From an uncultured Candidatus Saccharibacteria bacterium (lineage in GTDB: Bacteria > Patescibacteriota > Minisyncoccia > Phycocordibacterales > UBA9973): 43,646 nucleotides of DNA. Both the position numbers and the translations under genes were made by a program. The notes beneath the pieces were generated by a model. The model was not told the DNA's origin and ran no database searches. It was given only the letters and a program-made list of their open reading frames with translations. Position 1 is the first letter of the stretch. Every line of letters begins with the position of its first letter. The stretch covers positions 19,864 through 63,509 of the forward strand of contig CAYHBT010000002.1 of NCBI GenBank assembly GCA_964354935.1. The letters run 5' to 3'. This document shows positions 17,757 to 26,427 of the stretch, in pieces.

Positions 17757-19470
17757 TTCTGAAATATTCTGGAGTATAGATGATCATCCAATCTAAAAGC
17801 TGTCGCATTACTGTGGAAGCATTGACGCTGTTGGTCGTAGGTCCTGCTTCCATCATTATGGTAAAGGCATATTTAGGATTTTTATACGGGAAAAACCCTA
17901 TAACCCAAGAGTTCACTTTATTCTTACTGACTCCAATTTGGGCTGTACCAGTTTTTGCCGCGATTTCAACAAAGGGGACATTTAAAGATAAAGCTGTGCC
18001 ATAAGTGACCGCTTTGCGCATACCTTCGTGAATCGTATCAAAATATTCTTTTTTTATGTCTATGGCAGTCCTTTTTGCTTCCATTGTTTTATCGTCCAGA
18101 ATAAAATGCGGGGTTAAAATATTTCCATAATTAGCAATTGCTGAGACGGCACGCGTCATTTCCATCAATGTGACTTGAAATCCGTATTGCCCGATTGAGG
18201 TATTGTAAGTATCTCCGACGCGCCAAGGGTCTCCTTTAAAATTTTGTATTTTCCATTCAGGACTCGGAATGATTCCCTTTTTTTCATCTGGCAAGTCGAC
18301 TCCAGTGATTTCCCCAATTCCGAAAAGTCTAGCGTATTTTCCAAGATTTAAAATACCCAAACCTTTTTGATCTTCGAACCCCCCGCCAATTTCATAGAAA
18401 TAAATATCAGAAGAAACGGCCAATGCTTCTGTGATATCCGTCCAGCCGTTTACTCTCCAATCTTTAAAAACAGTTTTTTGGTCCGGAAAATAAGGATTTG
18501 GGATTGAAATAGAGCCTGTTGAAAGAATTTTTTTATATCGATCGATTACTCCTTCAGCCAAGGCTCCCAATCCAAAAAAAGGTTTTACAATTGAGCCCGG
18601 AGTATAAAGTCCGGAGACAGTCCTGTCTAAAAATGGTTTTTTCTTATCGTTCAAATAACGATTAATCTTAGTCGCGTCTTTACCTAAAGATAAAATTTCT
18701 GAATCGTATTCAGGAAAGCTTGTAGAGGCTATTATTTCTCCATTTTGTGTGTTCATAATAACGCCGGCTCCGCCTGTAAAATCATTACTTCCAGACAAAT
18801 TTTTAATTATAGTGAATAGCTCTTTTTGTATTCTAGAATCTATACTTATGACAAGATCGCTTCCTTGTTTGGGGCTGTTGATAATATTTTCTGAGTGGGT
18901 GATCCCCCTTGCGTCCACTTCTATTATTTTCGATCCATTTTCTCCTTTTAGTTTTTCGTTGTATTTTTTTTCAAGTCCATCTTTTCCAATAAATTCATTT
19001 TGCCAATAATTTCCCTGCGAATCCTTGGCGGGAGAGCTAACATAGCCGACTATATGTGAAAATCCAGGAGAAGCATAGGCGCGCGCATATACCAAAGACA
19101 GATTCTCTTCAATTTTTTTATTCCACGCTAATTCTTTTTTATTTCGATCATAAATGATACCTCTCTCGGTGAAAATATTTACTTTTTTCAAAATGTTGTT
19201 TTCGCTTCTCTTTCGATAAGTTTCCCCATTTTGTATTTGTAAATATGTAAGTCGAAGACCGAAGATGAGTATTACCAGTAAAAAAGAAATACCAAGAAAA
19301 CTGATATTTTTTTTAGAAATTGGTTTTTCTATTCTACCCTCGAATTGCTGGCGGTTGAAATTTTGTATATTTTTTGAATCAAGAAAAATTTCGTCTGGTT
19401 CGACAAAAGTGTTTTTAATCTGATTTTTTTTTAAAAATTTTCGAAAAGTCATTTGATTTAGTAAAATCAT
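17746..19470 (-). CDS. mrdA: Penicillin-binding protein 2 (class B transpeptidase)
   Basis: 574 aa with an N-terminal TM, PGSIVKP (SxxK) and KTGTA motifs. The last codons and the stop lie inside repeat 17705-17756. Confidence 0.85.
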   Translation of the reverse strand: MILLNQMTFRKFLKKNQIKNTFVEPDEIFLDSKNIQNFNRQQFEGRIEKPISKKNISFLGISFLLVILIFGLRLTYLQIQNGETYRKRSENNILKKVNIFTERGIIYDRNKKELAWNKKIEENLSLVYARAYASPGFSHIVGYVSSPAKDSQGNYWQNEFIGKDGLEKKYNEKLKGENGSKIIEVDARGITHSENIINSPKQGSDLVISIDSRIQKELFTIIKNLSGSNDFTGGAGVIMNTQNGEIIASTSFPEYDSEILSLGKDATKINRYLNDKKKPFLDRTVSGLYTPGSIVKPFFGLGALAEGVIDRYKKILSTGSISIPNPYFPDQKTVFKDWRVNGWTDITEALAVSSDIYFYEIGGGFEDQKGLGILNLGKYARLFGIGEITGVDLPDEKKGIIPSPEWKIQNFKGDPWRVGDTYNTSIGQYGFQVTLMEMTRAVSAIANYGNILTPHFILDDKTMEAKRTAIDIKKEYFDTIHEGMRKAVTYGTALSLNVPFVEIAAKTGTAQIGVSKNKVNSWVIGFFPYKNPKYAFTIMMEAGPTTNSVNASTVMRQLLDWMIIYTPEYFRTSP

Positions 19471-19478
19471 CTACTGGG

Positions 19479-19745
19479 TTATTTAGGATAAAATCTTAAT
19501 TTCTTTTTCAGCAATTCGATGATTATAAAACAAATTATCATGGCGCCAAAAGAGATAAAAATCATATTAAAAAATTTAGGCTCGGACGCGCCAAAAAGCA
19601 AATCAGACAAGAGAAATAAAAAGACAGCTTCAATAAAAAAAGAAAAATACGCCATAGCCACCAACCCCAAAATCACCGACACCCAAAAAGGCAGATAAAG
19701 CACAGAAATAAGCAACACAATAGAAGCCAAAATTCTAAACAACAT
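19479..19745 (-). CDS. Small polytopic membrane protein (MreD-like by position only)
   Basis: 88 aa and very hydrophobic, immediately upstream of mrdA. No recognisable motif. Confidence 0.4.
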   Translation of the reverse strand: MLFRILASIVLLISVLYLPFWVSVILGLVAMAYFSFFIEAVFLFLLSDLLFGASEPKFFNMIFISFGAMIICFIIIELLKKKLRFYPK

Positions 19746-19754
19746 TCTTCTATA

Positions 19755-21101
19755 TTACCTCGAAGCCAGCTTGGACGCCAGTCCGGTGTAATTTTCCGGA
19801 GTGATTTTTAGGAGCTCTTTTTTTATTTTTTCGCTGACTTCGAGAGCATCTATGAATTTATGGATATCAGCGAGTGTCACATTTTTGCCACGCGAAAGCT
19901 CTTTTAATTTTTCATATGGCATTTCTACGCCTTCGCGGCGGAGAATAGTCTGAATGGCTTCGGTGATGACTTCCGGATGAGCATTTAAATCTTCTTTTAT
20001 TTTTTCTTCATTCACTTTTATTTTGCTTAAACCTTTCAAAAGTGAAGTGTAAGCCAAATACGAATGCCCAAATGCGGTGCCGAACGCGCGTTCGACTGTA
20101 GAATCCGACAGGTCGCGCTGAAGCCGAGAAATTGGAAGCTTGCGGGCGAAAAATTCAAACAAAGCGTTTGCAATGCCGAGGTTGCCCTCGCTATTTTCAA
20201 AGTCAATCGGATTTATTTTATGAGGCATTGTGGAGGACCCCGTCTCCCCCGCTTTCGGTATTTGCCCTACCCAGCCGTCGGAAATATATCTCCATATGTC
20301 TTGATTAAAATCTAAAAGAATCGTATTTATTCTTCGGATTGTGTCAAAAACAGTCACATAACTATCATGACATTCGATTTGAGTAGTGATTAGATTAGGT
20401 TCTAATTTTAAATTTTTTATAAATTTTTCACCAAATCCAATCCAATTTATATTTGGATAAGCGGCGATGTGAGCATTGTAATTACCGGTTGCGCCGTTTA
20501 ATTTGGCTTGTATTTTTATATTTGAAATCGCTTCAAGTTGCTTTTCAATTCTACAAACAAACACCTTCATTTCTTTTCCGAAAGTTGTTGGGCTGGCAGA
20601 TTGACCATGAGTACGCGCGAGCATCGGCAGGTCTTTGTGTTTTTTTGCAAGATTATTTAATTCTAAAATAATTTCAGAAATTTTAGGCATCATCACTTTT
20701 CCTAAAGAGTCAGACAAAATAAGCGCGTAAGCGATGTTGTTCGTATCTTCTGAAGTCAGAGCAAAATGCACCCATTCGATGCTGTCTTTGAGAGAAGTTT
20801 TCGAAAGATTTTCCTTTATAAAATACTCCACCGCCTTCACATCGTGATTGGTTGTTTTTTCAAATTCTTTTATTTTCTCATAAGAAGCGGTGTCGAATTT
20901 TTCGTAAATATTCTTGACAATTTTTATTTCTTCCGGCGCAAATTTTCTTAAGTTGGTTTTTCCTAAAAAAGATAGTGCTATCAGATATTCGCATTCCACT
21001 TTCACTCTATATTTCATCAGCGCTTCTTCGGAAAAAAACGGCGCGAGGGCGCGAGTCTTTTCAAAATATCTTCCGTCTAGTGGGTTTATTGCGGTTTCCA
21101 T
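19755..21101 (-). CDS. purB: Adenylosuccinate lyase
   Basis: 448 aa with the fumarate-lyase signature GSSTMPHKINP. Pur cluster context. Confidence 0.9.
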   Translation of the reverse strand: METAINPLDGRYFEKTRALAPFFSEEALMKYRVKVECEYLIALSFLGKTNLRKFAPEEIKIVKNIYEKFDTASYEKIKEFEKTTNHDVKAVEYFIKENLSKTSLKDSIEWVHFALTSEDTNNIAYALILSDSLGKVMMPKISEIILELNNLAKKHKDLPMLARTHGQSASPTTFGKEMKVFVCRIEKQLEAISNIKIQAKLNGATGNYNAHIAAYPNINWIGFGEKFIKNLKLEPNLITTQIECHDSYVTVFDTIRRINTILLDFNQDIWRYISDGWVGQIPKAGETGSSTMPHKINPIDFENSEGNLGIANALFEFFARKLPISRLQRDLSDSTVERAFGTAFGHSYLAYTSLLKGLSKIKVNEEKIKEDLNAHPEVITEAIQTILRREGVEMPYEKLKELSRGKNVTLADIHKFIDALEVSEKIKKELLKITPENYTGLASKLASR

Positions 21102-21103
21102 AA

Positions 21104-22042
21104 TTATATCGTATATTTTTTTAAATTATTTTCTATTCTTTTTTCAATATCTCCGGTTTCAATTTTAAAAGTGTCTCCGGTGATTTGCTCATATATTTGG
21201 ATATATCTGCGGGAAAGTTCTTCCACCATCTCCGCTGGCGCTTTTGGCAAGACCTCGTCTTTGTAGGGGTCGGAATTCTCTTTGAACCATAAACGCAGGA
21301 ATTCTTTGTCGAAATTCTCCGGCTCGAGGCCTTTTGCGATTCTCTCCTCATATGTTTTTGCCTGCCAGTATCTGGAAGAATCCGGCGTATGAATTTCATC
21401 AACCAGCATTATTTCTCCCTCCGGCGTGACTCCAAATTCATACTTTGTATCCACTAAGATAAGTCCGTGTTTTAAGGCTACCTCTTGCCCTCTTTGAAAT
21501 AACTTCAAAGCGATAACGGAAATTTTCTCCCATTGATCTTTGGTCATATGTCCGCCGTAGACTATATCTTTGCTGGAGAGTGGTTTGTCGTGTTCTTCAG
21601 ACTTGGTGGTCGGCGTCAGCACCACTTTTTCTAATTTTTGATTTTTATGCATACCGTCCGGCAAAATAAAATCTCCAAAATTCCGCTCCCCTTTTTGATA
21701 AAGCGTCCACAAGCTGGTGCCGGTAATTCCCGTAATATAACCGCGCACTACCATCTCCACGGGTATGACTTTGCATTTTTTGCCAATCACTACATTTGGG
21801 TCCGGAAAATCGATGATGTGATTTTTCACTATATCTTTCGTCTGTTCAAACCAAAAACGGCTGACTCCGGTCAGCACTTGGCCTTTCGAGGGTATCAAGG
21901 CTAGATTGCGGTCAAAAGCGGAATATCTGTCGGTGGAAATCAAAATAACCTTGTCGCTTTGGCTGTACACATCCCGCACTTTTCCCGTGTATTTTTCTCC
22001 TAAGTTTTTAAAATTTGTTCTCTCTAAAATGTTTGTATTCAT
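21104..22042 (-). CDS. purC: SAICAR synthetase (long form)
   Basis: 312 aa with GKVRDVY, ISTDRYSAFD and LVDTKYEFG motifs. Confidence 0.9.
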   Translation of the reverse strand: MNTNILERTNFKNLGEKYTGKVRDVYSQSDKVILISTDRYSAFDRNLALIPSKGQVLTGVSRFWFEQTKDIVKNHIIDFPDPNVVIGKKCKVIPVEMVVRGYITGITGTSLWTLYQKGERNFGDFILPDGMHKNQKLEKVVLTPTTKSEEHDKPLSSKDIVYGGHMTKDQWEKISVIALKLFQRGQEVALKHGLILVDTKYEFGVTPEGEIMLVDEIHTPDSSRYWQAKTYEERIAKGLEPENFDKEFLRLWFKENSDPYKDEVLPKAPAEMVEELSRRYIQIYEQITGDTFKIETGDIEKRIENNLKKYTI

Positions 22043-22064
22043 TTTATTAAAAAATTATTAATAA

Positions 22065-23198
22065 TTATTTTCCGGGAGGTGTGAGAATTATTTTTTCTGG
22101 CTCGAAAATTACTTGTCGCTGATTCTCTTTGCCTTTTTCTACAATGCCGATATCCGCGAGTTCGTATCCTTCATTTTTGCCTATTTTCAATATTTTAGCA
22201 ACTTCTTCTCTTGGCGCAAAAATATAGTAACCCACACCCCAATTAAAAGTCTTAAGACAATCTATTGTCGGCACTTTGAGTATTTTGTGAAAATATTCCA
22301 TCAGTGGCGGAATTTTTAGCCACGAATGAATTCTGTAAGTGAAAGGTCTTTTATCAAAAGCGATTTTACCGACTCCATCTCCAGTACCGGGTAGGAGTGT
22401 GTGAATTTTCACTTTAGATGCAAGTAGGGCTTCTACAAGCGCAACATATGAACGAGTCGGAATCAACGCTTCCTCGCCGATAGTATTTCCATTTGGAATT
22501 TTCGTGAGAAATTGTTCGGGAAGTTCTAGGGTTTTTTTGATAACTAGACTTATGCCGTTGGCGTGCAGTCCCGAAGAAGCTACGCCGATGATGTGGTCGC
22601 CCACAGACAAATCCTGCCCGGTAATTAAATTTTCTTTGGGCGCGACGATGCCGATCACCGAGCCGCTCAAGGCTGCAATTTCAGTTACTGGGGGTTTGGG
22701 ATTAATCAAATATGTCACGCTTGCCGATTCTCCTGCCGGCAAAGCCATGCCGACTTCTTCGCAAATTTTAAAAAAGCCGTTCGCAAAATCCTGCGCTCTT
22801 TTTTTGTCGGCATACCAAGCGCTACCGCTCGCTTCCAGCTGGTCTGTAAAAACTACCGGCATCGCGCCTTGAGCAATGACATCGTTTACCACAATCAATG
22901 CAGTATCGATAGCAATAGAGTCATAATAAGACTTACCTGTTTTTTGATACATCCATTCGGCGATCCAGTTTTTATTTCCCAAATCTTCTTGCGTCTGGCA
23001 CCAGATTATAGATTCCTTACCGAGATATTCAAAAACCGCGCCGTGCGCGTGTGTCGCATCTTCATTTATATAGACTCCCCTTTTGTTCGGAAATTTAAGA
23101 GTTTTCTTCCCCGCTTCTATCATTGCCATCTTAAATGGTTCCATCACCGTATAGTCCACACCAGCTTTTGCATATTCGCTTTGTGGTTTAGTTGCCAT
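22065..23198 (-). CDS. purM: AIR synthetase (divergent PurM-like)
   Basis: 377 aa. YAKAGVDY N-terminus and IDTALIVVNDVIAQGAMPVVFTD resemble the PurM dimer/ATP motifs. Position between purE and purC fits. Confidence 0.7.
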   Translation of the reverse strand: MATKPQSEYAKAGVDYTVMEPFKMAMIEAGKKTLKFPNKRGVYINEDATHAHGAVFEYLGKESIIWCQTQEDLGNKNWIAEWMYQKTGKSYYDSIAIDTALIVVNDVIAQGAMPVVFTDQLEASGSAWYADKKRAQDFANGFFKICEEVGMALPAGESASVTYLINPKPPVTEIAALSGSVIGIVAPKENLITGQDLSVGDHIIGVASSGLHANGISLVIKKTLELPEQFLTKIPNGNTIGEEALIPTRSYVALVEALLASKVKIHTLLPGTGDGVGKIAFDKRPFTYRIHSWLKIPPLMEYFHKILKVPTIDCLKTFNWGVGYYIFAPREEVAKILKIGKNEGYELADIGIVEKGKENQRQVIFEPEKIILTPPGK

Positions 23199-23200
23199 TT

Positions 23201-23722
23201 TTATTTGCTTTCCAGATATTTTTTAAATCCGATTTTTAAAAGTTTCTCTCCCTTGGCTTCCGTATCTTCTGCGAGTTTCTTTTTATATGCAATTAATTTT
23301 TTTTCTAAATCCGTAGCCGATGTTGCAAGTATTTGCACGGCGAGCAGTCCGGCGTTTTTTCCGGCGTTAATACCGACAGTTGCCACCGGCACGCCAGGGG
23401 GCATCTGTGCGGTGGAAAGCAATGAATCAAGGCCGTCTAATGTTTTTGCTTTTGTCGGTATGCCAATGACGGGCAAAGTCGTGAGCGATGCCACTACTCC
23501 GGCAAGATGCGCCGCGCCTCCCGCTCCGGCGATGAAAACTTTGATATTGTGTTCGCCTGCTCCTTTGACTAGTTTATTCACATATTCAGGGCTTCGATGC
23601 GCCGAAGCGACAGTCATATCATAAGGCACGCCGAATTCTTCAAGCACTTTCGCCGCTTCGGACATTATTTCCAAATCCGTATCCGAGCCCATAATTATCA
23701 TTACTTTTGGGGTTTTTTTCAT
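23201..23722 (-). CDS. purE: N5-CAIR mutase (class I PurE motifs)
   Basis: SAHRSP and AGGAAHLAGVVAS match class I PurE (SAHRTP / AGGAAHLPG) rather than class II (SAHK / AGRSNGLG). Confidence 0.9.
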   Translation of the reverse strand: MKKTPKVMIIMGSDTDLEIMSEAAKVLEEFGVPYDMTVASAHRSPEYVNKLVKGAGEHNIKVFIAGAGGAAHLAGVVASLTTLPVIGIPTKAKTLDGLDSLLSTAQMPPGVPVATVGINAGKNAGLLAVQILATSATDLEKKLIAYKKKLAEDTEAKGEKLLKIGFKKYLESK

Positions 23723-23728
23723 AAAACT

Positions 23729-23737
23729 ATATTAGCA
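23729..23737 (-). promoter_or_regulatory. Extended -10-like box 6 nt before the purE ATG
   Basis: Minus strand TGCTAATAT-agtttt-ATG. Confidence 0.4.
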
Positions 23738-23760
23738 TAAAAGAAAATTATTCCAAATTC

Positions 23761-24465
23761 TTATTTCTTGTTATTACTTATATCACTTGCGGTAAAACTA
23801 CCCATCTCTGGATTTATCTTTGTTCTTGAGAAATAAAGACGCCTATTATTATTGTTGTAATAAATTTCATCTGTGGTAAAAGAGGATTTTTTGGGACCAT
23901 TTACAATGACTGGTTCAAATCCAAGATTTTGCTTGATTTGAGACGAAAGGAAATTTATTGAATCTAGGTATTGTTGTCGATCATGTTCTGAATCTTCAGG
24001 ATAATTTCCTCCAACGATAACAGCGTCAATCGTCCCTGGAATGCATCTCTCTTTAATTTCAGACAAACTTTTTTCTAAGCCAGATTTAAAATCCTCTTTC
24101 TTTGGATTAAACAAAAAGAAACTTGGATCCTGATGGCTCAAGAATGAGATAGGATTTCCATTTTCCTTTTCTATTCCAGCGACGACTAATCCCGTGCATC
24201 TAAAAAAATCTAAAGAAAATTTATTTAAACTGTCTATTGTAGATATTACACATTGAGCACCTTCGGTCTGTAAAAATTGCTTATCTGCGTTTCCTCTAAC
24301 ATCGTTGTATTTTACATTATGTCCTTCAGGGGGATAATCCTCATCAATAAATAGTCCTATTTCGTCTTGTGTTCCTAGGCACACATAAATGGGCTTTACT
24401 CCCTCAATTAAATGTTTTGAAAGTTTCTTTGCCTCTGGTTGATTTATATTCAATGTTTCATTCAT
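23761..24465 (-). CDS. Uncharacterised protein embedded in the pur operon (orf234)
   Basis: 234-aa ORF with host-like composition. The pattern C-TGLVVAG..(20)..H then IDAVIVGGN then N..L....LGF remotely resembles CheD-type Cys/His deamidases. No firm family assignment. Confidence 0.6.
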   Translation of the reverse strand: MNETLNINQPEAKKLSKHLIEGVKPIYVCLGTQDEIGLFIDEDYPPEGHNVKYNDVRGNADKQFLQTEGAQCVISTIDSLNKFSLDFFRCTGLVVAGIEKENGNPISFLSHQDPSFFLFNPKKEDFKSGLEKSLSEIKERCIPGTIDAVIVGGNYPEDSEHDRQQYLDSINFLSSQIKQNLGFEPVIVNGPKKSSFTTDEIYYNNNNRRLYFSRTKINPEMGSFTASDISNNKK

Positions 24466-24504
24466 AAATATATAATATCATAAGTTATTTTATTTTTAAA
24501 AATT

Positions 24505-24559
24505 AAAAAAGCCAGTACTTGTGATTTGTATCACCTCCTTTCGGTTGTACTGGCTTTTT
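24505..24559 (-). terminator. Intrinsic terminator with an unusually large structured loop
   Basis: GCCAGTAC (24511-24518) pairs with GTACTGGC (24547-24554), flanked by A6 and T5 tracts. The loop contains a GTGAT-ACAA-ATCAC mini-hairpin and ATCACCTCCTTTC. Confidence 0.7.
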
Positions 24560-24564
24560 GGGGT

Positions 24565-24768
24565 TTAGTCCATGTGGGGACCAACCAATTCCTCCTCCTT
24601 GTCCACCACAAAACCACCCACCGTGATGGTGGTGGTTTCGGCCCGCTGCTGGGGAGGGGGCGGTGACGATATATCGCTCGTCACCATACTCTCGGCGCCC
24701 AAAGCGGCGAGAGCATGCATCGCCGCGTCCACTTTAGACGCGGCGATGATGACTTCAAGTTTTTTCAT
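24565..24768 (-). CDS. GC-rich 67-aa ORF with a PII(GlnB)-like N-terminal half; possibly a gene remnant or not coding
   Basis: MKKLEVIIAASKVDAAMHALAALGAESMVTSDI aligns by eye with PII MKKIxAII.P.KLDxVxxAL...G...MTVTEV. Strong G at codon position 1 and high GC3. Only 67 aa, no SD, and full of perfect hairpins. Confidence 0.4.
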   Translation of the reverse strand: MKKLEVIIAASKVDAAMHALAALGAESMVTSDISSPPPPQQRAETTTITVGGFVVDKEEELVGPHMD

Positions 24769-24859
24769 CGTATTAGTTTGGTTGAAGGGCTCCCTCGTTT
24801 GTTGATTTTAAAGAGCCCTGATTCAACAAGAGACTAGCATAAGTTCACCTTTCTTTCAA

Positions 24860-26398
24860 TTAGTGTTTAAAATGTCTAAATCCTGTCGTGACCATCGCTA
24901 TTTTGTATTTATTCGCCATATCTATCGAAGCTTGATCGTTTTTTGAGCCTCCGGGTTGGATAACTGCTTTGATGCCGACTTTGCCTGCGAGTTCCACACA
25001 ATCAGGAAAAGGGAAAAACGCTTCAGAAGACATCACTGCGCCTTTTAGGGAGAATTTAAACCTTTTCGCTTTATCTATAGCTTGTTTCAAAGCATCTATG
25101 CGTGAAGTCTGCCCGCAACCCATAGAAATAAGCGCGCCGTTTTTTACCAGCGCTATCGCATTTGATTTTAAATGTTTGGTTGCTACCGCGGCAATGAGCA
25201 TATCTGCTATTTCTTTTTTTATCGGTTTTCTTTTTGTAACTGTCGAGAGGTCGGACTCCTTTTCTACTTGCGTGTCGCGGTCTTGCGAAAGAGTTCCCGT
25301 AAAACAAGTTCGCGTTTGTTTTTGTGGCAATGTCGGAGTCTGCCATTTTAAGACCCGAACATTTTTCTTTTCTTTGAAAATTTCGAGAGCCTCCTTGCTA
25401 AAATCCGGCGCGATGATGACTTCCACAAAAAGCTCTTGTTTTTTTATGAGCTTGGCGATATCTTCGCCTACTTCCCTATTTGCCGCAAGTATTCCGCCAA
25501 AGGCTGAAACTGGGTCAGCTTTGTATGCCTCTTTGTAAGCCTTGAATATGTCTTTTTGCACGGATAGACCGCAAGCATTCATATGCTTGATAATAGCGAA
25601 AGCAGGCTCTTTAAAATCGTAAACGACAGAAATAGCCGCTTCTGTGTCTATGAAATTGTTATAAGAAAGCTCTTTGCCGTGAAGTTGGATAAAACTTTTT
25701 TCAAGATTGCCTATAAATTCAGCCTTTTGGTGTGGATTTTCGCCGTAACGAAGATTTATTTTCGTGTCGTTTTGCCCATAGGTCAGACCTATGGAATCCA
25801 CAGGTCTGACCTGTGGGCAGGTAAAGTAGTTTCGAATAGCCGTATCGTATTCGCTCGTTACTTCAAACGCATCACCAGCCATTTTTTTGCGTTCTTCTAG
25901 GGTTGTCTCTATCCCCCTTTTTAATATTGAAGTTAATTCTTTGTATTGATTTTTTGAAGGAATCACGACAACATCGTTAAAATTTTTCGCCGCCGCGCGG
26001 ATAAGAGCAATACCGCCGATGTCTATTTTTTCAATAATCTCATCGGCGGTTCCGCCTTTCGCCAAGGTTTCCTCAAACGGATAAAGGTCGACGATGACCA
26101 AATCAATATCTTCTATTTTGTGTTTTGCTTTTTCTTTTTGGTCGTCGCTATTATCTCGGCGATTTAAAATTCCGCCAAAAATTTGCGGTTGTAATGTCTT
26201 TACTCTTCCGCCAAAAACTGCGGGGAAATTTGTGACAGTTTCTACTTCAGTCACAGCTACACCCAATTTCCGTATAAATTCCGCCGTCCCGCCAGTAGAA
26301 ATAATTTTCACCTTATGTTTAGCAAGGAGTCTGACGATCTCTTCGAGACCGTCTTTATTAAAAACCGAAATTAAAGCCGAGCTAATTTTTTTTGTCAT
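24860..26398 (-). CDS. purH: Bifunctional AICAR transformylase / IMP cyclohydrolase
   Basis: 512 aa with an MGS-like N-domain (ALISVFNKDGL...STGGTA) and an AICARFT C-domain. Carries a tandem palindrome insert at 25776-25816. Confidence 0.9.
   Translation of the reverse strand: MTKKISSALISVFNKDGLEEIVRLLAKHKVKIISTGGTAEFIRKLGVAVTEVETVTNFPAVFGGRVKTLQPQIFGGILNRRDNSDDQKEKAKHKIEDIDLVIVDLYPFEETLAKGGTADEIIEKIDIGGIALIRAAAKNFNDVVVIPSKNQYKELTSILKRGIETTLEERKKMAGDAFEVTSEYDTAIRNYFTCPQVRPVDSIGLTYGQNDTKINLRYGENPHQKAEFIGNLEKSFIQLHGKELSYNNFIDTEAAISVVYDFKEPAFAIIKHMNACGLSVQKDIFKAYKEAYKADPVSAFGGILAANREVGEDIAKLIKKQELFVEVIIAPDFSKEALEIFKEKKNVRVLKWQTPTLPQKQTRTCFTGTLSQDRDTQVEKESDLSTVTKRKPIKKEIADMLIAAVATKHLKSNAIALVKNGALISMGCGQTSRIDALKQAIDKAKRFKFSLKGAVMSSEAFFPFPDCVELAGKVGIKAVIQPGGSKNDQASIDMANKYKIAMVTTGFRHFKH
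25776..25816. repeat. Tandem pair of related 19-bp palindromes in frame in purH
   Basis: CCATAGGTCAGACCTATGG-AAT-CCACAGGTCTGACCTGTGG. Encodes PQVRPVDSIGLTYG. Confidence 0.8.
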
Positions 26399-26407
26399 TA
26401 TGCAGAG

Positions 26408-26416
26408 ATATTAGCA
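26408..26416 (-). promoter_or_regulatory. Extended -10-like box 9 nt before the purH ATG
   Basis: Minus strand TGCTAATAT-ctctgcata-ATG, the same 9-mer as upstream of purE. Confidence 0.4.
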
Positions 26417-26427
26417 TAATTTAATTT

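Noticed and set aside
22869-23624. 251-aa plus-strand ORF, and many other 60-190-aa ORFs in the track lying antisense to pur, pepN, purL and other genes
   Set aside because: They lie entirely antisense to ORFs with unmistakable conserved motifs and have low-complexity, Ser/Phe/Cys-rich translations with no motifs. They are typical shadow ORFs.
24572-24805. 77-aa plus-strand ORF in the GC island
   Set aside because: It is open only because stop codons are rare in GC-rich sequence. It has no start context, and the codon-position G bias favours the minus-strand frame.
24560-24840. Known RNA classes for the GC island: purine, ZTP (pfl), PRPP/ykkC riboswitches, T-box, SRP RNA, RNase P RNA, tmRNA
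   Set aside because: I could not find the hallmark conserved strings as I recall them on either strand. These include GGAAGCAGCC of SRP, GAGGAAAGTCC of RNase P, AGGGTGGNACCGCG of T-box, CCGCCTGGGC of ZTP, CTAGGG..GGTCCGAGAG of ykkC, and a tRNA-like CCA end. A covariance-model scan is still needed.
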